Part shown: piece by piece, positions 38,145 through 47,887 of the stretch
How positions within the stretch are numbered: position 1 is the first letter of the stretch
How the letters are laid out: each line of letters starts with the position of its first letter
Assembly (NCBI GenBank): GCA_003569145.1
Contig: BGOH01000006.1
Span: 19,129 to 83,128, forward strand
Length of the DNA stretch: 64,000 nt
Source of the DNA: Clavibacter sp.
GTDB taxonomy: Bacteria; Actinomycetota; Actinomycetes; Nanopelagicales; Nanopelagicaceae
Reading direction: 5' to 3'
The notes under the pieces: model-generated
Seen by the model: the letters and a program-made list of their open reading frames with translations, nothing else
Databases searched by the model: none
Told to the model about the DNA's origin: nothing
Made by a program: the position numbers and the translations under genes

Positions 38145-38522
38145 ATGGCACGTCTAGTTGGCGTCGATCTGCCGCGTGAAAAACGGCTTGAGGTCGCGCT
38201 TCAATATATCTTCGGCATTGGCCAGACCAGGGCGCAAGCAACTCTTGCTGCAACCGGCGTCTCACCAGATGTTCGAGTAAAAGATCTACAAGAGCCCGAT
38301 CTAATAAAGCTTCGTGAATTTATTGAAGCTAATTACAAGATCGAAGGTGATCTCCGCCGTGAGATTGCAGGCGATATTCGCCGCAAAGTTGAAATTCAGT
38401 GCTACCAAGGAATTCGCCACCGTAAGGGGCTTCCAGTTCGTGGTCAGCGCACCCATACCAACGCACGTACTCGTAAGGGTCCACGCGTTGCCATCGCTGG
38501 TAAGAAGAAGGAGACCAAGTAA
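38145..38522 (+). CDS. rpsM: 30S ribosomal protein S13
   Basis: The 125-aa ORF reads [14 protein letters not shown]... Confidence 0.98.
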   Translation: MARLVGVDLPREKRLEVALQYIFGIGQTRAQATLAATGVSPDVRVKDLQEPDLIKLREFIEANYKIEGDLRREIAGDIRRKVEIQCYQGIRHRKGLPVRGQRTHTNARTRKGPRVAIAGKKKETK

Positions 38523-38953
38523 TGGCCGCGCCAAAAGCTAAACCTGCAGCTACTGCTGCTGCTGCCCCTAAGGCAAAAGTAAAGGCACGTAAGAAAGAGA
38601 AGAAGAACGTTGCCCTTGGAAATGCCTATATAAAGAGCACTTTTAACAACACCATCGTGACTATCACTGATCCATCTGGAGCAGTTCTTGCTTGGGCATC
38701 ATCTGGCCAAGTTGGATTTAAAGGTTCACGTAAATCAACTCCTTTTGCTGCGCAGCTAGCTGCTGAATCTGCTGCTAAGAAAGCGCAAGAGCATGGAGTT
38801 AAGAAAGTTGATGTCTACGTCAAGGGCCCAGGCTCAGGACGCGAGACTGCAATTCGTTCACTACAAGCAGCTGGGCTAGAAGTTGGTGCCATCTCTGATG
38901 TCACACCTCTTGCTCACAACGGCTGCCGTCCACGTAAACCACGTCGAGTATAA
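38522..38953 (+). CDS. rpsK: 30S ribosomal protein S11 with an Ala/Lys-rich N-terminal extension
   Basis: The 143-aa ORF has an S11 core after [28 protein letters not shown]. Confidence 0.97.
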   Translation: MAAPKAKPAATAAAAPKAKVKARKKEKKNVALGNAYIKSTFNNTIVTITDPSGAVLAWASSGQVGFKGSRKSTPFAAQLAAESAAKKAQEHGVKKVDVYVKGPGSGRETAIRSLQAAGLEVGAISDVTPLAHNGCRPRKPRRV

Positions 38954-38970
38954 GGAAGGGAGAAGAGAAC

Positions 38971-39597
38971 ATGGCCCGTTATGCAGGAGCAGATTGCAAG
39001 AGATGCCGCCGCGAGAAAGTGAAACTTTTCCTCAAAGGCTCGAAGTGCGATGGACCTAAGTGTCCAATTGAGTCACGCCCTTATCCACCAGGACAACATG
39101 GTCGTGCCAGAGCCAAGGAATCTGAGTACTTACTCCAGATGCGTGAGAAGCAGAAATGCGCACGTATCTACGGTGTATTGGAAAAGCAATTCCGTAACTA
39201 TTACACCGAAGCAAGCCGTTTAGCTGGCAAGACTGGTGAGAACCTTCTTGTTCTTCTAGAGACTCGTCTAGATAACGTGATCTATCGCGCTGGCTTTGCA
39301 AAGAGCCGCGATATGGCCCGCCAGATTGTTCGTCATGGACACATTCTGGTTAATGGTCGCAAAGTTGATATTCCATCTTTCCATGTCAGCCAATTCGACA
39401 TCATTGATGTGAGAACAAAGTCGCAAGACCTAACTCCATTCATTGTTGCATCTGCTGAATTTGGTGAGAAGTCAGTACCGGCTTGGCTTGAAGTTGTGCC
39501 ATCAGCGATGAGAATCATCGTTCATGGTCAACCAACTCGCGCCATTATCGATACTCAAGTTCAGGAACAACTTATCGTTGAGCTTTACTCCAAGTAA
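38971..39597 (+). CDS. rpsD: 30S ribosomal protein S4
   Basis: The 208-aa ORF has an N-terminal Cys cluster (CKRCRREKVKLFLKGSKCDGPKC). Confidence 0.97.
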   Translation: MARYAGADCKRCRREKVKLFLKGSKCDGPKCPIESRPYPPGQHGRARAKESEYLLQMREKQKCARIYGVLEKQFRNYYTEASRLAGKTGENLLVLLETRLDNVIYRAGFAKSRDMARQIVRHGHILVNGRKVDIPSFHVSQFDIIDVRTKSQDLTPFIVASAEFGEKSVPAWLEVVPSAMRIIVHGQPTRAIIDTQVQEQLIVELYSK

Positions 39598-39603
39598 TTA
39601 ATA

Positions 39604-39621
39604 AGGCAGAGCAATCTGCCT
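39604..39621 (+). other. Stem-loop immediately after rpsD
   Basis: A 7-bp stem pairs AGGCAGA with TCTGCCT around a GCAA tetraloop. No U-tract follows. Confidence 0.45.
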
Positions 39622-39677
39622 CAATTAATCATCTGGCTAGCAAGGATTTAAAAACTTCATAAAAGTAGGTACTAAGT

Positions 39678-39701
39678 GAGAGATCAAATAGTGGATCTCT
39701 C
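39678..39701 (+). other. Stem-loop upstream of the rpoA RBS
   Basis: An 8-bp stem pairs GAGAGATC with GATCTCTC around an 8-nt loop. It lies 8 nt before the GGAGG (39710-14) that precedes the rpoA GTG. Confidence 0.45.
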
Positions 39702-39720
39702 AAGATAATGGAGGAAAGAA

Positions 39721-40719
39721 GTGCTAATTGCACAGCGCCCCGTACTATCCGAGGAAGTAGTAAACGAGAGCCGTTCCCGTTTCATAATTGAACCGTTGGA
39801 GCCTGGCTTTGGATACACCCTAGGAAATTCACTGCGTCGAACCCTGCTCTCATCTATCCCAGGAGCGGCTGTTACAAGCATCCGCGTTGCTGGAGCCTTG
39901 CATGAGTTCACCACTTTAGAAGGTGTTAAAGAGGATCTGACAGATATCGTTTTAAATATCAAGAACTTAGTTCTTTCATCTGAAAATGATGAGCCATCTG
40001 TGGCCTATATTCGCAAGAATGGCTCAGGAGTTATTACTGGCGCAGATGTTGCTGTTCCAACTGGAGTAGTAGTTCATAACCCAGATCTTCATATCGCTAC
40101 TTTAAATACCAAAGCGAATGTGGAGATTGAACTAACTATTGAGCGCGGCCGCGGCTATGTCACAGCAGTGCAGAACAAGTTAGTAGGAGCAGAGATTGGT
40201 CGCATTCCAGTTGACTCCATCTACTCGCCAGTGCTTCGCGTGACCTATAAGGTTGAAGCAACTCGTGTTGAGCAGAGAACAGACTTTGATCGCTTAATTG
40301 TTGATGTTGAGACAAAGCGTTCTATGAGCCCAAGAGATGCGCTCGCTTCTGCTGGAAAGACTTTAGTTGAGCTCTTCGGTCTTGCTCATGAGCTTAATTA
40401 CGCAGCTGAAGGAATTGATCTTGGACCATCTATTCAAGATGCCGCACTTGCTGCAGATCTTGCTCTTCCAATCGAGGATCTAGATCTAACAGTTCGTTCT
40501 TATAACTGCCTAAAGCGCGAAGGAATCCACACCGTTGGAGAGCTTCTCTCACGTAGTGAGGCTGATCTATTAGATATCCGTAACTTTGGTTCTAAATCAA
40601 TTGATGAAGTTAAGGCAAAGCTTGTCTCAATGGGCATGCAACTTAAGGATTCACCAGTTGGCTTTGATCCGACACAACATCAGAACTATGGCGTCGATTA
40701 CTCCGACGACCAGGCTTAA
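39721..40719 (+). CDS. rpoA: DNA-directed RNA polymerase subunit alpha
   Basis: The 332-aa ORF starts with GTG and contains [16 protein letters not shown] and the C-terminal-domain sequence [12 protein letters not shown]. Confidence 0.98.
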   Translation: MLIAQRPVLSEEVVNESRSRFIIEPLEPGFGYTLGNSLRRTLLSSIPGAAVTSIRVAGALHEFTTLEGVKEDLTDIVLNIKNLVLSSENDEPSVAYIRKNGSGVITGADVAVPTGVVVHNPDLHIATLNTKANVEIELTIERGRGYVTAVQNKLVGAEIGRIPVDSIYSPVLRVTYKVEATRVEQRTDFDRLIVDVETKRSMSPRDALASAGKTLVELFGLAHELNYAAEGIDLGPSIQDAALAADLALPIEDLDLTVRSYNCLKREGIHTVGELLSRSEADLLDIRNFGSKSIDEVKAKLVSMGMQLKDSPVGFDPTQHQNYGVDYSDDQA

Positions 40720-40730
40720 GGAGAGAGCTA

Positions 40731-41180
40731 ATGCCACGTCCATCTAAAGGTCCGCGTCTTGGAAGCGGTCCATCCCATGAAAGATTGCTCCTAAGAACTC
40801 TTGCAGAGCAACTCTTTGAAAATGGCAAAGTTCGCACCACCGAAGCTAAAGCTCGTCGTCTGCGTCCACTTGCTGAAAAGTTAATCACCACTGCCAAGAA
40901 GGGTGATCTAGCTGCTCGTCGCCAAGTAATGGCCGCTATCTCAAATAAGGGCGTAGTTCATACTCTCTTTACTGAGATTGCGCCACGCTTTGAATCCAGA
41001 AATGGCGGCTACACAAGAATTACCAAGATTGGTCCACGTAAGGGCGATAACGCTCCTATGGCAATCATTGAAGTAATAGCTGAAGGAACTCCTGCTAAGA
41101 AAGCGGTAGTTAATGAAGCAGAGAAAGCAGCTAAGAAGGCAGCGCCAAAGAAGAAGGCTGCCGCCGCTAAAGCGGAGTAG
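40731..41180 (+). CDS. rplQ: 50S ribosomal protein L17 with an Ala/Lys-rich C-terminal tail
   Basis: The 149-aa ORF reads [19 protein letters not shown]... Confidence 0.97.
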   Translation: MPRPSKGPRLGSGPSHERLLLRTLAEQLFENGKVRTTEAKARRLRPLAEKLITTAKKGDLAARRQVMAAISNKGVVHTLFTEIAPRFESRNGGYTRITKIGPRKGDNAPMAIIEVIAEGTPAKKAVVNEAEKAAKKAAPKKKAAAAKAE

Positions 41181-41210
41181 CTCTTTCTAATAAAAAAAGT
41201 AAAAAAAGAA

Positions 41211-42065
41211 GTGTCAATCGAGCAACCCACTCTCAAAGTTGAGAGTGGGTTTCTTCGTTTTAGGATTGATTTTTCCTATGATGGAAGCGCCTTTAGTGGT
41301 TGGGCTAAACAGCCAGATCAGAGAACTATTCAAGGTGAGATGGAAGTTGCTCTTAGCGGTTTAGTTAGAAATAAAGTTGATTTAATCGTTGCTGGAAGAA
41401 CAGATGCTGGCGTTCATGCCAGTATGCAAGTCGCTCACTTTGATCTGCCAGAGCGCGATAAATATGGAAAGCCTTGGAACACTCAAGATCTGCAATATCG
41501 CCTTAATAGAATGCTAAGTGAAGAGATAGTTGTTAGAGCAGTTAGTAGAGCTCCAGATCATTTCCATGCTCGCTTTTCAGCGCTGCGCCGAACTTATATT
41601 TATAAGATTGCAGATGGTCAACAGCATATTGATCCGTTAAAGAGATTTGATATCACGCCTTGGTATCGACACCTTGATTTAAGTAGGTTAAATGAGGCAA
41701 GTAGGAGATTGCTCGGAGATCATGATTTTGCAACGTTTTGTAAACCTGGTGGCTCTGGAACTACCTTAAGAAGGCTTGAGGAATTTAGCTGGCAGCGAAT
41801 GGCTGATTCAACCCTTCTAGCAAGAGTTACTGCTGATGCTTTCTGCTATTCAATGGTGAGAAATCTAGTTGGAGCAGTAGTCTGTGTTGGAGAGTCTCGC
41901 TTTGAGCCAGAGTGGATTTCATCGCTACTTGCCAATAAAACTAGAGTTAGTGAGAGCATGGTATTTCCAGCACGAGGTTTAACCCTGATTGCTATTGAGT
42001 ATCCAGCTGATGATTTACTTGAAGCTCGCTCTAAAGTAACTGCTCGCAGAAGAGATGAAGAGTAA
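41211..42065 (+). CDS. truA: tRNA pseudouridine(38-40) synthase
   Basis: The 284-aa ORF starts with GTG and contains FSYDGSAFSGWAKQ and the catalytic GRTDAGVHA. Confidence 0.93.
   Translation: MSIEQPTLKVESGFLRFRIDFSYDGSAFSGWAKQPDQRTIQGEMEVALSGLVRNKVDLIVAGRTDAGVHASMQVAHFDLPERDKYGKPWNTQDLQYRLNRMLSEEIVVRAVSRAPDHFHARFSALRRTYIYKIADGQQHIDPLKRFDITPWYRHLDLSRLNEASRRLLGDHDFATFCKPGGSGTTLRRLEEFSWQRMADSTLLARVTADAFCYSMVRNLVGAVVCVGESRFEPEWISSLLANKTRVSESMVFPARGLTLIAIEYPADDLLEARSKVTARRRDEE
41224..41261 (+). terminator. Strong terminator-like hairpin plus T-tract lying inside the first 17 codons of truA
   Basis: A stem of about 12 bp pairs AACCCACTCTCA (41224-35) with TGAGAGTGGGTT (41240-51). It is followed by TTTCTTCGTTTT. 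Confidence 0.55.
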
Positions 42066-43666
42066 ATGGGGCAGATAAATGTAGTTGGAATTGAGTATGC
42101 CCTCTCAGATGGTCGGGTTTTACTTAGCGATGTTTCTTTTCGGGTCGGCGAAGGATCAAAGGTTGCTCTGATTGGGCCTAATGGATCTGGCAAGACAACT
42201 CTTTTTCGAATGATTGCCGGAGATATAACTGCTGATGCTGGTCAGATAATTATTAATGGCGGCCTTGGTGTGATGCGCCAATTTATTGGCTCGATTCGAG
42301 ATGAATCAACGGTGAGAGACTTATTGATTTCAGTATCACCGCTTCGAATCAGGCAAGCTGCAGAGAAACTTAAAGAGGCTGAAATTGCAATGGCTGCTAA
42401 TAACTCTGAGAGGCAGCAGATGGCATATGCCCAAGCACTATCGGATTGGGGAGATGCTGGGGGATATGAACAAGAAGTGCTCTGGGATATTGCAGTTAAT
42501 AACGCGCTAGCAAGAGCTTTGATCGAGTATCTGATCGATTAGTTAATTCACTCTCTGGTGGAGAGCAAAAGCGCCTTGTCCTTGAAGTATTACTTAATGG
42601 ACCGGAGGAGGTATTAATCCTTGATGAGCCTGATAACTATCTAGATGTTCCAGCAAAGAGATGGCTTGAGGAGCAGATAAGAATTTCAAAGAAAACAATC
42701 CTATTTATTAGCCATGATCGTGAGTTATTAGCAGCAACTGCTACCAAAGTTGTCACTCTTGAACAAGGTGTTAGTGGCAATAGCGCCTGGATTCATGGTG
42801 AGGGCTTTAATACTTGGCATGATGCAAGAAAAGCTCGTAATGCTCAATTCGCTCAAGTACTAGAGCGTTGGCAAGATGAACATAAGCGTCTAAAAGAACT
42901 AGTTCTAACGCTGCAATGGCAAGCAGCTTCATCGCCAGATATGGCTTCAAGATATCGAGCAATGCAAACCAGGCTTAGAAAGTTTGAAGAGATCGGCCCG
43001 CCGCCTCCGCCGCCTCTAGAACAAGATGTGAAGGTTAATTTAAAGAGCGGGAGAACTGGCGAGCGCGTAGTGACCTGTAAGGATTTAACTTTAGAGAATC
43101 TAACTGAACCATTTACCTTTGAAATCTATTATCAAGACCGGGTAGCAATTCTTGGAAAGAATGGCTCTGGAAAATCTCACTTTTTAAGAAGGCTTTCAGG
43201 TGATGAGAGCGTTAGATATAGCGGTGAGTTTAAACTCGGTGCAAGAGTAATTCCAGGTTTTTTTGCCCAGACTCATGCCCATCCTGAATTTGTAGGAAAG
43301 ACTTTGTTAGAAATCTTGTGGCAGGAAAACTCCTTGCAACTAGGGGCAGCTAAATCTGTTCTTGGTAGATATGAATTGGCCCAACAAGCAGAGCAGCAAT
43401 TCACATCTTTATCTGGCGGACAGCAGGCGCGTTTCCAAGTTTTATTATTAGAACTTGCCGGCGATACTTTGTTATTACTAGATGAGCCAACCGATAACTT
43501 AGATCTGGCAAGTGCTGAAGCGCTAGAGCGAGCACTCGATGCTTATCAAGGAACTGTTATTGCTGTGACCCATGATCGCTGGTTTGCTAAAGGATTTACT
43601 AGATTTTTGATATTTGGCGCAGAGGGTGCGGTCTATGAGAGCCCTGAACCAGTCTGGAGCCATTAA
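42066..43666 (+). pseudogene. ABC-F family ATPase (two ABC domains), frame broken by one missing nucleotide within 42502-42540
   Basis: Domain 1 has Walker A (GPNGSGKTT) in frame 3. Its signature LSGGEQKR, Walker B (LILDEPDNYLD), the linker and domain 2 (GKNGSGKSH...LSGGQQAR...LLLDEPTDNLD) are in frame 2. Confidence 0.88.
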
Positions 43667-43678
43667 TCAGGCTCGATT

Positions 43679-43707
43679 TTGACCCCTTTGCATAGTGCAG
43701 GTAATCT
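43679..43707 (+). promoter_or_regulatory. Candidate promoter of rplM-rpsI
   Basis: TTGACC, 17 nt and TAATCT lie about 68 nt upstream of the rplM GTG. A small hairpin (CTCCGC/GTGGAG) sits in the leader. Confidence 0.5.
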
Positions 43708-43775
43708 TCGCCTTCTGTCTCCGCTAGCTGTGGAGCGGCACTAAATAGAAAAGTAAGAAGAAAGAGAGTCTGCCC

Positions 43776-44234
43776 GTGCGCACCTTTTCACCGACCCCGA
43801 AGGATGTTGCGCGTCAATGGTATGTAATCGATGCCGCTGATGTCGTCCTTGGTCGCCTTGCTAGCCATGCCGCTATCTTGCTTCGCGGAAAACATAAACC
43901 AACATTTGCTCCTCATATGGATATGGGAGATTTCGTAATCGTAATTAATGCCGAAAAAATCGTTTTAACTGGATCAAAGATGGCTAACAAGATGGCTTAT
44001 CAGCACTCACAATATCCAGGTGGCTTAACAGAGCGCAGCTATGAACTATTGATGGAGAAGTTCCCAACTCGCGCTGTTGAAAAGGCAATTAAGGGAATGC
44101 TTCCTAAGAACTCTATCGGCAAGCAGATGGCCTCTAAGTTAAAAGTTTATGCTGGCCCTAATCATCCTCATGGATCACAAGGACCAATCCCATATGTCTT
44201 TACCCAGATCGATCAGATGAAGGTTGGTAAGTAA
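43776..44234 (+). CDS. rplM: 50S ribosomal protein L13
   Basis: The 152-aa ORF starts with GTG and reads [20 protein letters not shown]... Confidence 0.97.
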   Translation: MRTFSPTPKDVARQWYVIDAADVVLGRLASHAAILLRGKHKPTFAPHMDMGDFVIVINAEKIVLTGSKMANKMAYQHSQYPGGLTERSYELLMEKFPTRAVEKAIKGMLPKNSIGKQMASKLKVYAGPNHPHGSQGPIPYVFTQIDQMKVGK

Positions 44235-44237
44235 AAG

Positions 44238-44702
44238 ATGAGCGAAAAAGAAGAGAACGCAACCGCCTTTAGCTCTGCAACCCCTGCTGCTGCAACTAAC
44301 CGCGCTGCTGTAATTGCAGCTGGCGCAGGTATTGGTCGACGCAAGGAAGCTGTTGCTCGCGTTCGTCTAACCCCAGGAACTGGTCGCTGGATTGTTAATA
44401 ATAAGAATTTAGAAGTTTATTTCCCAAATAAAGTTCACCAACAGGCAGTATCTGAGCCACTTCGCACCGTTGGCGCTGAGGGCAAATATGATGTTATTGC
44501 CCGCATTGATGGTGGCGGAATTTCAGGACAAGCCGGAGCGCTTCGCTTAGGCGTTGCAAGAGCTCTAAATGAGATTGATACCGATGCAAATCGCCCAGCT
44601 CTAAAGAAGGCAAAATTCCTAACCCGTGATGCTCGCGTGATTGAACGCAAGAAATATGGTCTAAAGAAAGCACGTAAGCGTTCTCAATACAGCAAGCGTT
44701 AA
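44238..44702 (+). CDS. rpsI: 30S ribosomal protein S9
   Basis: The 154-aa ORF ends in ...[12 protein letters not shown]. Confidence 0.97.
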   Translation: MSEKEENATAFSSATPAAATNRAAVIAAGAGIGRRKEAVARVRLTPGTGRWIVNNKNLEVYFPNKVHQQAVSEPLRTVGAEGKYDVIARIDGGGISGQAGALRLGVARALNEIDTDANRPALKKAKFLTRDARVIERKKYGLKKARKRSQYSKR

Positions 44703-44719
44703 TTAACAAAGAGGGAAAA

Positions 44720-46046
44720 ATGGCGCTCTTTGGCACCGATGGTGTCCGAGGCGTTGCTGGCGTTGATCTAACTGCTGAACTAGCTTTTAACCTCTCAACT
44801 GCTGCCGCATCAGTTCTGGCAGATCTTGGTGAGTTTGCTGGCCATCGCCCAACTGCAATTGTTGGCCAGGATTCAAGAGCCTCAGGACAGTATTTAGAGG
44901 AGGCAATCTGTCGCGGTCTTTCAAGTGCTGGTATTGATGTTTATCGAGTTGGGATTCTTCCAACCCCTGCTATCTCATTTCTTGTTAAAGATCGAGGAGC
45001 AGATCTTGGTGTGATGATTAGCGCATCTCATAACCCAGCAAGTGATAACGGAATTAAGTTCTTTGATAGAACTGGATCAAAGCTAGCTGATCAAATTGAA
45101 GCAAAGATTGAGGGCGTGTTAGGCAAAACAGTAGTAAGCACTAATGGCGCTGGCAGAGTAATTGAAGATTTTGAGGCTAAAGAGAGTTATATTAAAAATC
45201 TTCTAAAGAGTCTTGATGGCAATTTAAGTGGGATAAAAGTAGTTGTTGATTGCGCCAATGGAGCTGCCTCATTTGTTGCACCTGATGTACTTAAAAGAGC
45301 AGGGGCAGAAGTTGTTGCCATTTCAGCATCTCCCAATGGTTTAAATATTAATGATAACTGCGGCTCTACTCATCTAGAAAACTTAATTGCAGCTGTTAAA
45401 GAAGAGGGAGCAGATATTGGAATTGCTCATGATGGCGATGCTGATCGGGTCCTAGCTATTGATGATAAAGGATCAGTTATTGATGGTGATTTCATATTAG
45501 GAATTCTTGCTCAAGATATGGAGCTACCAACAAAGACTGTGGTGGGAACTGTTATGACAAATCTTGGGCTTATTAAAGCTTTAGAGGAAAAAGGTATTAA
45601 GTTCATTGCAACAGCTGTTGGTGATCGCTATGTATTAGAGGAGATGCTTGCTGGCGGACATCTTCTAGGCGGAGAGCAATCAGGCCATATCATCATGAGT
45701 AAGTATGCAAATACTGGCGATGGTTTATTAACCGCGCTTCAGCTTATTTCAAAACTTAAGAAGAGTGGAAAAAGTGCAAGTGAATTAGCCTCCTTTATGA
45801 AGCGTTATCCGCAAGTTCTAATCAATGTCTCAGGAGTAGCGAAAGAAAAATTGGCATCAAACCAAGTCATTGCTAAAGCAGTAAGTGATGTAGAGAAAAA
45901 ATTGTCAGATAAAGGTCGAGTTTTGCTCCGCGCCTCTGGAACTGAGGCTCTTAATTAGAGTGATGATTGAGGCCCAAGATCTATCTCTTGCTCAGGAATT
46001 AGCCTCAGAACTGGCAACGCTAGTAAAATCAGAGCTCTCACTTTAA
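44720..46046 (+). pseudogene. glmM: Phosphoglucosamine mutase, frame broken by one extra nucleotide at about 45953-45954
   Basis: The active-site sequence SASHNPASDNGIKF is present. After ...LLRASGTEAL the conserved IRVMIEAQD...SELSL tail continues in the +1 frame and ends at 46044-46046. Confidence 0.92.
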
Positions 46047-46060
46047 GGGAGCCAATTTAA

Positions 46061-47887
46061 ATGTGCGGAATCATCGGTTATACCGGAGCCTCACCTGCCC
46101 TTTCAATGGTGATTGATTCGCTTCGAAAGTTGGAATATCGGGGCTATGACTCAGCTGGAATTGCTCTTACTGGCAAAGTGGGCGAGAAGTTAATTGTGGC
46201 AAAGCGCGCCGGGAAGTTAAGCAATTTGGAGAGCGCGCTAACTTCAGATCATGCTGATTCTCTAAGTGGAATTGGCCATACTCGCTGGGCAACTCATGGC
46301 GGACCAACTGATGAAAATGCCCATCCGCATATCTCAAGTGATGGAAAAGTAGCTGTTATTCATAATGGAATTATTGAAAATTACTTAGAACTAAAAGTTG
46401 AGCTAGAAAAGCGTGGCCATAAGTTCTCATCTCAAACCGATACTGAATCAGTTGCTCATCTCTTAAGTGATGAATTTAATTTGAGCAAAGATTTGGCAGA
46501 TGCGATGCGCAAGGTTTGCAAGCGACTTCGTGGCTCTTTTACTCTCCTTGCTATCTCATCAGATAGCCCTGAGGTAATAGTTGGTGCAAGGCGTAATTCA
46601 CCGCTAGTTGTGGGTCTTGGCAAGGGTGAGAACTTTCTAGCATCTGATGTCTCGGCATTTATCGCTCATACCAAGAGCGCTTTAGAGCTTGGGCAGGATC
46701 AAGTGGTGCAGGTAAGTCCTGACTCAGTTCTAGTAACAGATTTAGATGGCAAGCAAGTCAGCGCTAAGCCTTTTGAGATTACCTGGGATGCAAAGGCAGC
46801 AGAGCGCGGGGGATATACCCACTTTATGCTCAAGGAAATCTTCGAACAGCCGAAAGCTATATCTGAAACCCTACTTGGAAGATTTAGCGATGACTCAAAA
46901 GTAATTTGCAGCGAGCTTTCAAGCCTTAATCTAGATATTGACCGAATTTTGATTTTAGCTTGCGGCACTGCATATCACGCAGGATTAATCGGAAAATATG
47001 CCATAGAGCAATGGTCAAAAATTGCTGTTGATGTTGAACTAGCCTCTGAGTTTAGATATCGAAAGCCTTTTCTAACTCCAAAGACATTGGTAATTACGAT
47101 CTCTCAATCTGGGGAGACTATGGATACTTTGATGGCTGCTCGCCATGCCAAAGATCTTGGAGCGGCAACTCTTTCTATCTGTAACACGATGGGTTCATCA
47201 ATTGCCAGAGAATCTGATGCAGTCTTTTATACCCATGCCGGCCCTGAGGTTGCAGTGGCATCAACTAAGGCGCTTCTAACACAGATTGTGGCGCTTAAAG
47301 TTATCGCTCTTTATTTGGCTCAGAACAATAAGAGTTTAAGTGGCGCGCAGATTGCAGCAATTATTTCTGAGTTACTTGCCTTGCCAAATAAAGTTGAGGA
47401 GATTTTAGAAACAGTTGAACCACTTCGTGAAATGACCAGAGGCTTTAAAGATGCAACTTCAGTTCTTTTCCTGGGAAGAAATGTGGGATATCCAGCCGCG
47501 CTAGAAGGCGCTCTTAAACTAAAAGAGCTTGCTTATATGCATGCTGAAGGTTTTGCCGGCGGAGAGCTGAAGCATGGACCAATTGCACTCATTGAAGAGG
47601 GAACGCCGGTAATTGCAATTCTGCCTCCTGCATCATCGCCGATAGCCGAGAAAATGCTTAGTAATATTCAAGAAGTTAGAGCGCGCGGGGCTAATGTGAT
47701 TGCTATTGCAGATTCTTCGATTTCGCTAGATGTTAAAAATATTATTAGAATTCCAAGCTGTGATGAATTATTACAATCAATACTTGCAATCGTTCCCTTG
47801 CAAGTCTTTGCCTATGAAATGGCTGTTGCAAGGGGAAATGATGTTGATCAGCCAAGAAATCTCGCTAAATCGGTGACAGTGGAATGA
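46061..47887 (+). CDS. glmS: Glutamine--fructose-6-phosphate aminotransferase
   Basis: The 608-aa ORF starts MCGIIGY and ends KSVTVE. Confidence 0.98.
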   Translation: MCGIIGYTGASPALSMVIDSLRKLEYRGYDSAGIALTGKVGEKLIVAKRAGKLSNLESALTSDHADSLSGIGHTRWATHGGPTDENAHPHISSDGKVAVIHNGIIENYLELKVELEKRGHKFSSQTDTESVAHLLSDEFNLSKDLADAMRKVCKRLRGSFTLLAISSDSPEVIVGARRNSPLVVGLGKGENFLASDVSAFIAHTKSALELGQDQVVQVSPDSVLVTDLDGKQVSAKPFEITWDAKAAERGGYTHFMLKEIFEQPKAISETLLGRFSDDSKVICSELSSLNLDIDRILILACGTAYHAGLIGKYAIEQWSKIAVDVELASEFRYRKPFLTPKTLVITISQSGETMDTLMAARHAKDLGAATLSICNTMGSSIARESDAVFYTHAGPEVAVASTKALLTQIVALKVIALYLAQNNKSLSGAQIAAIISELLALPNKVEEILETVEPLREMTRGFKDATSVLFLGRNVGYPAALEGALKLKELAYMHAEGFAGGELKHGPIALIEEGTPVIAILPPASSPIAEKMLSNIQEVRARGANVIAIADSSISLDVKNIIRIPSCDELLQSILAIVPLQVFAYEMAVARGNDVDQPRNLAKSVTVE

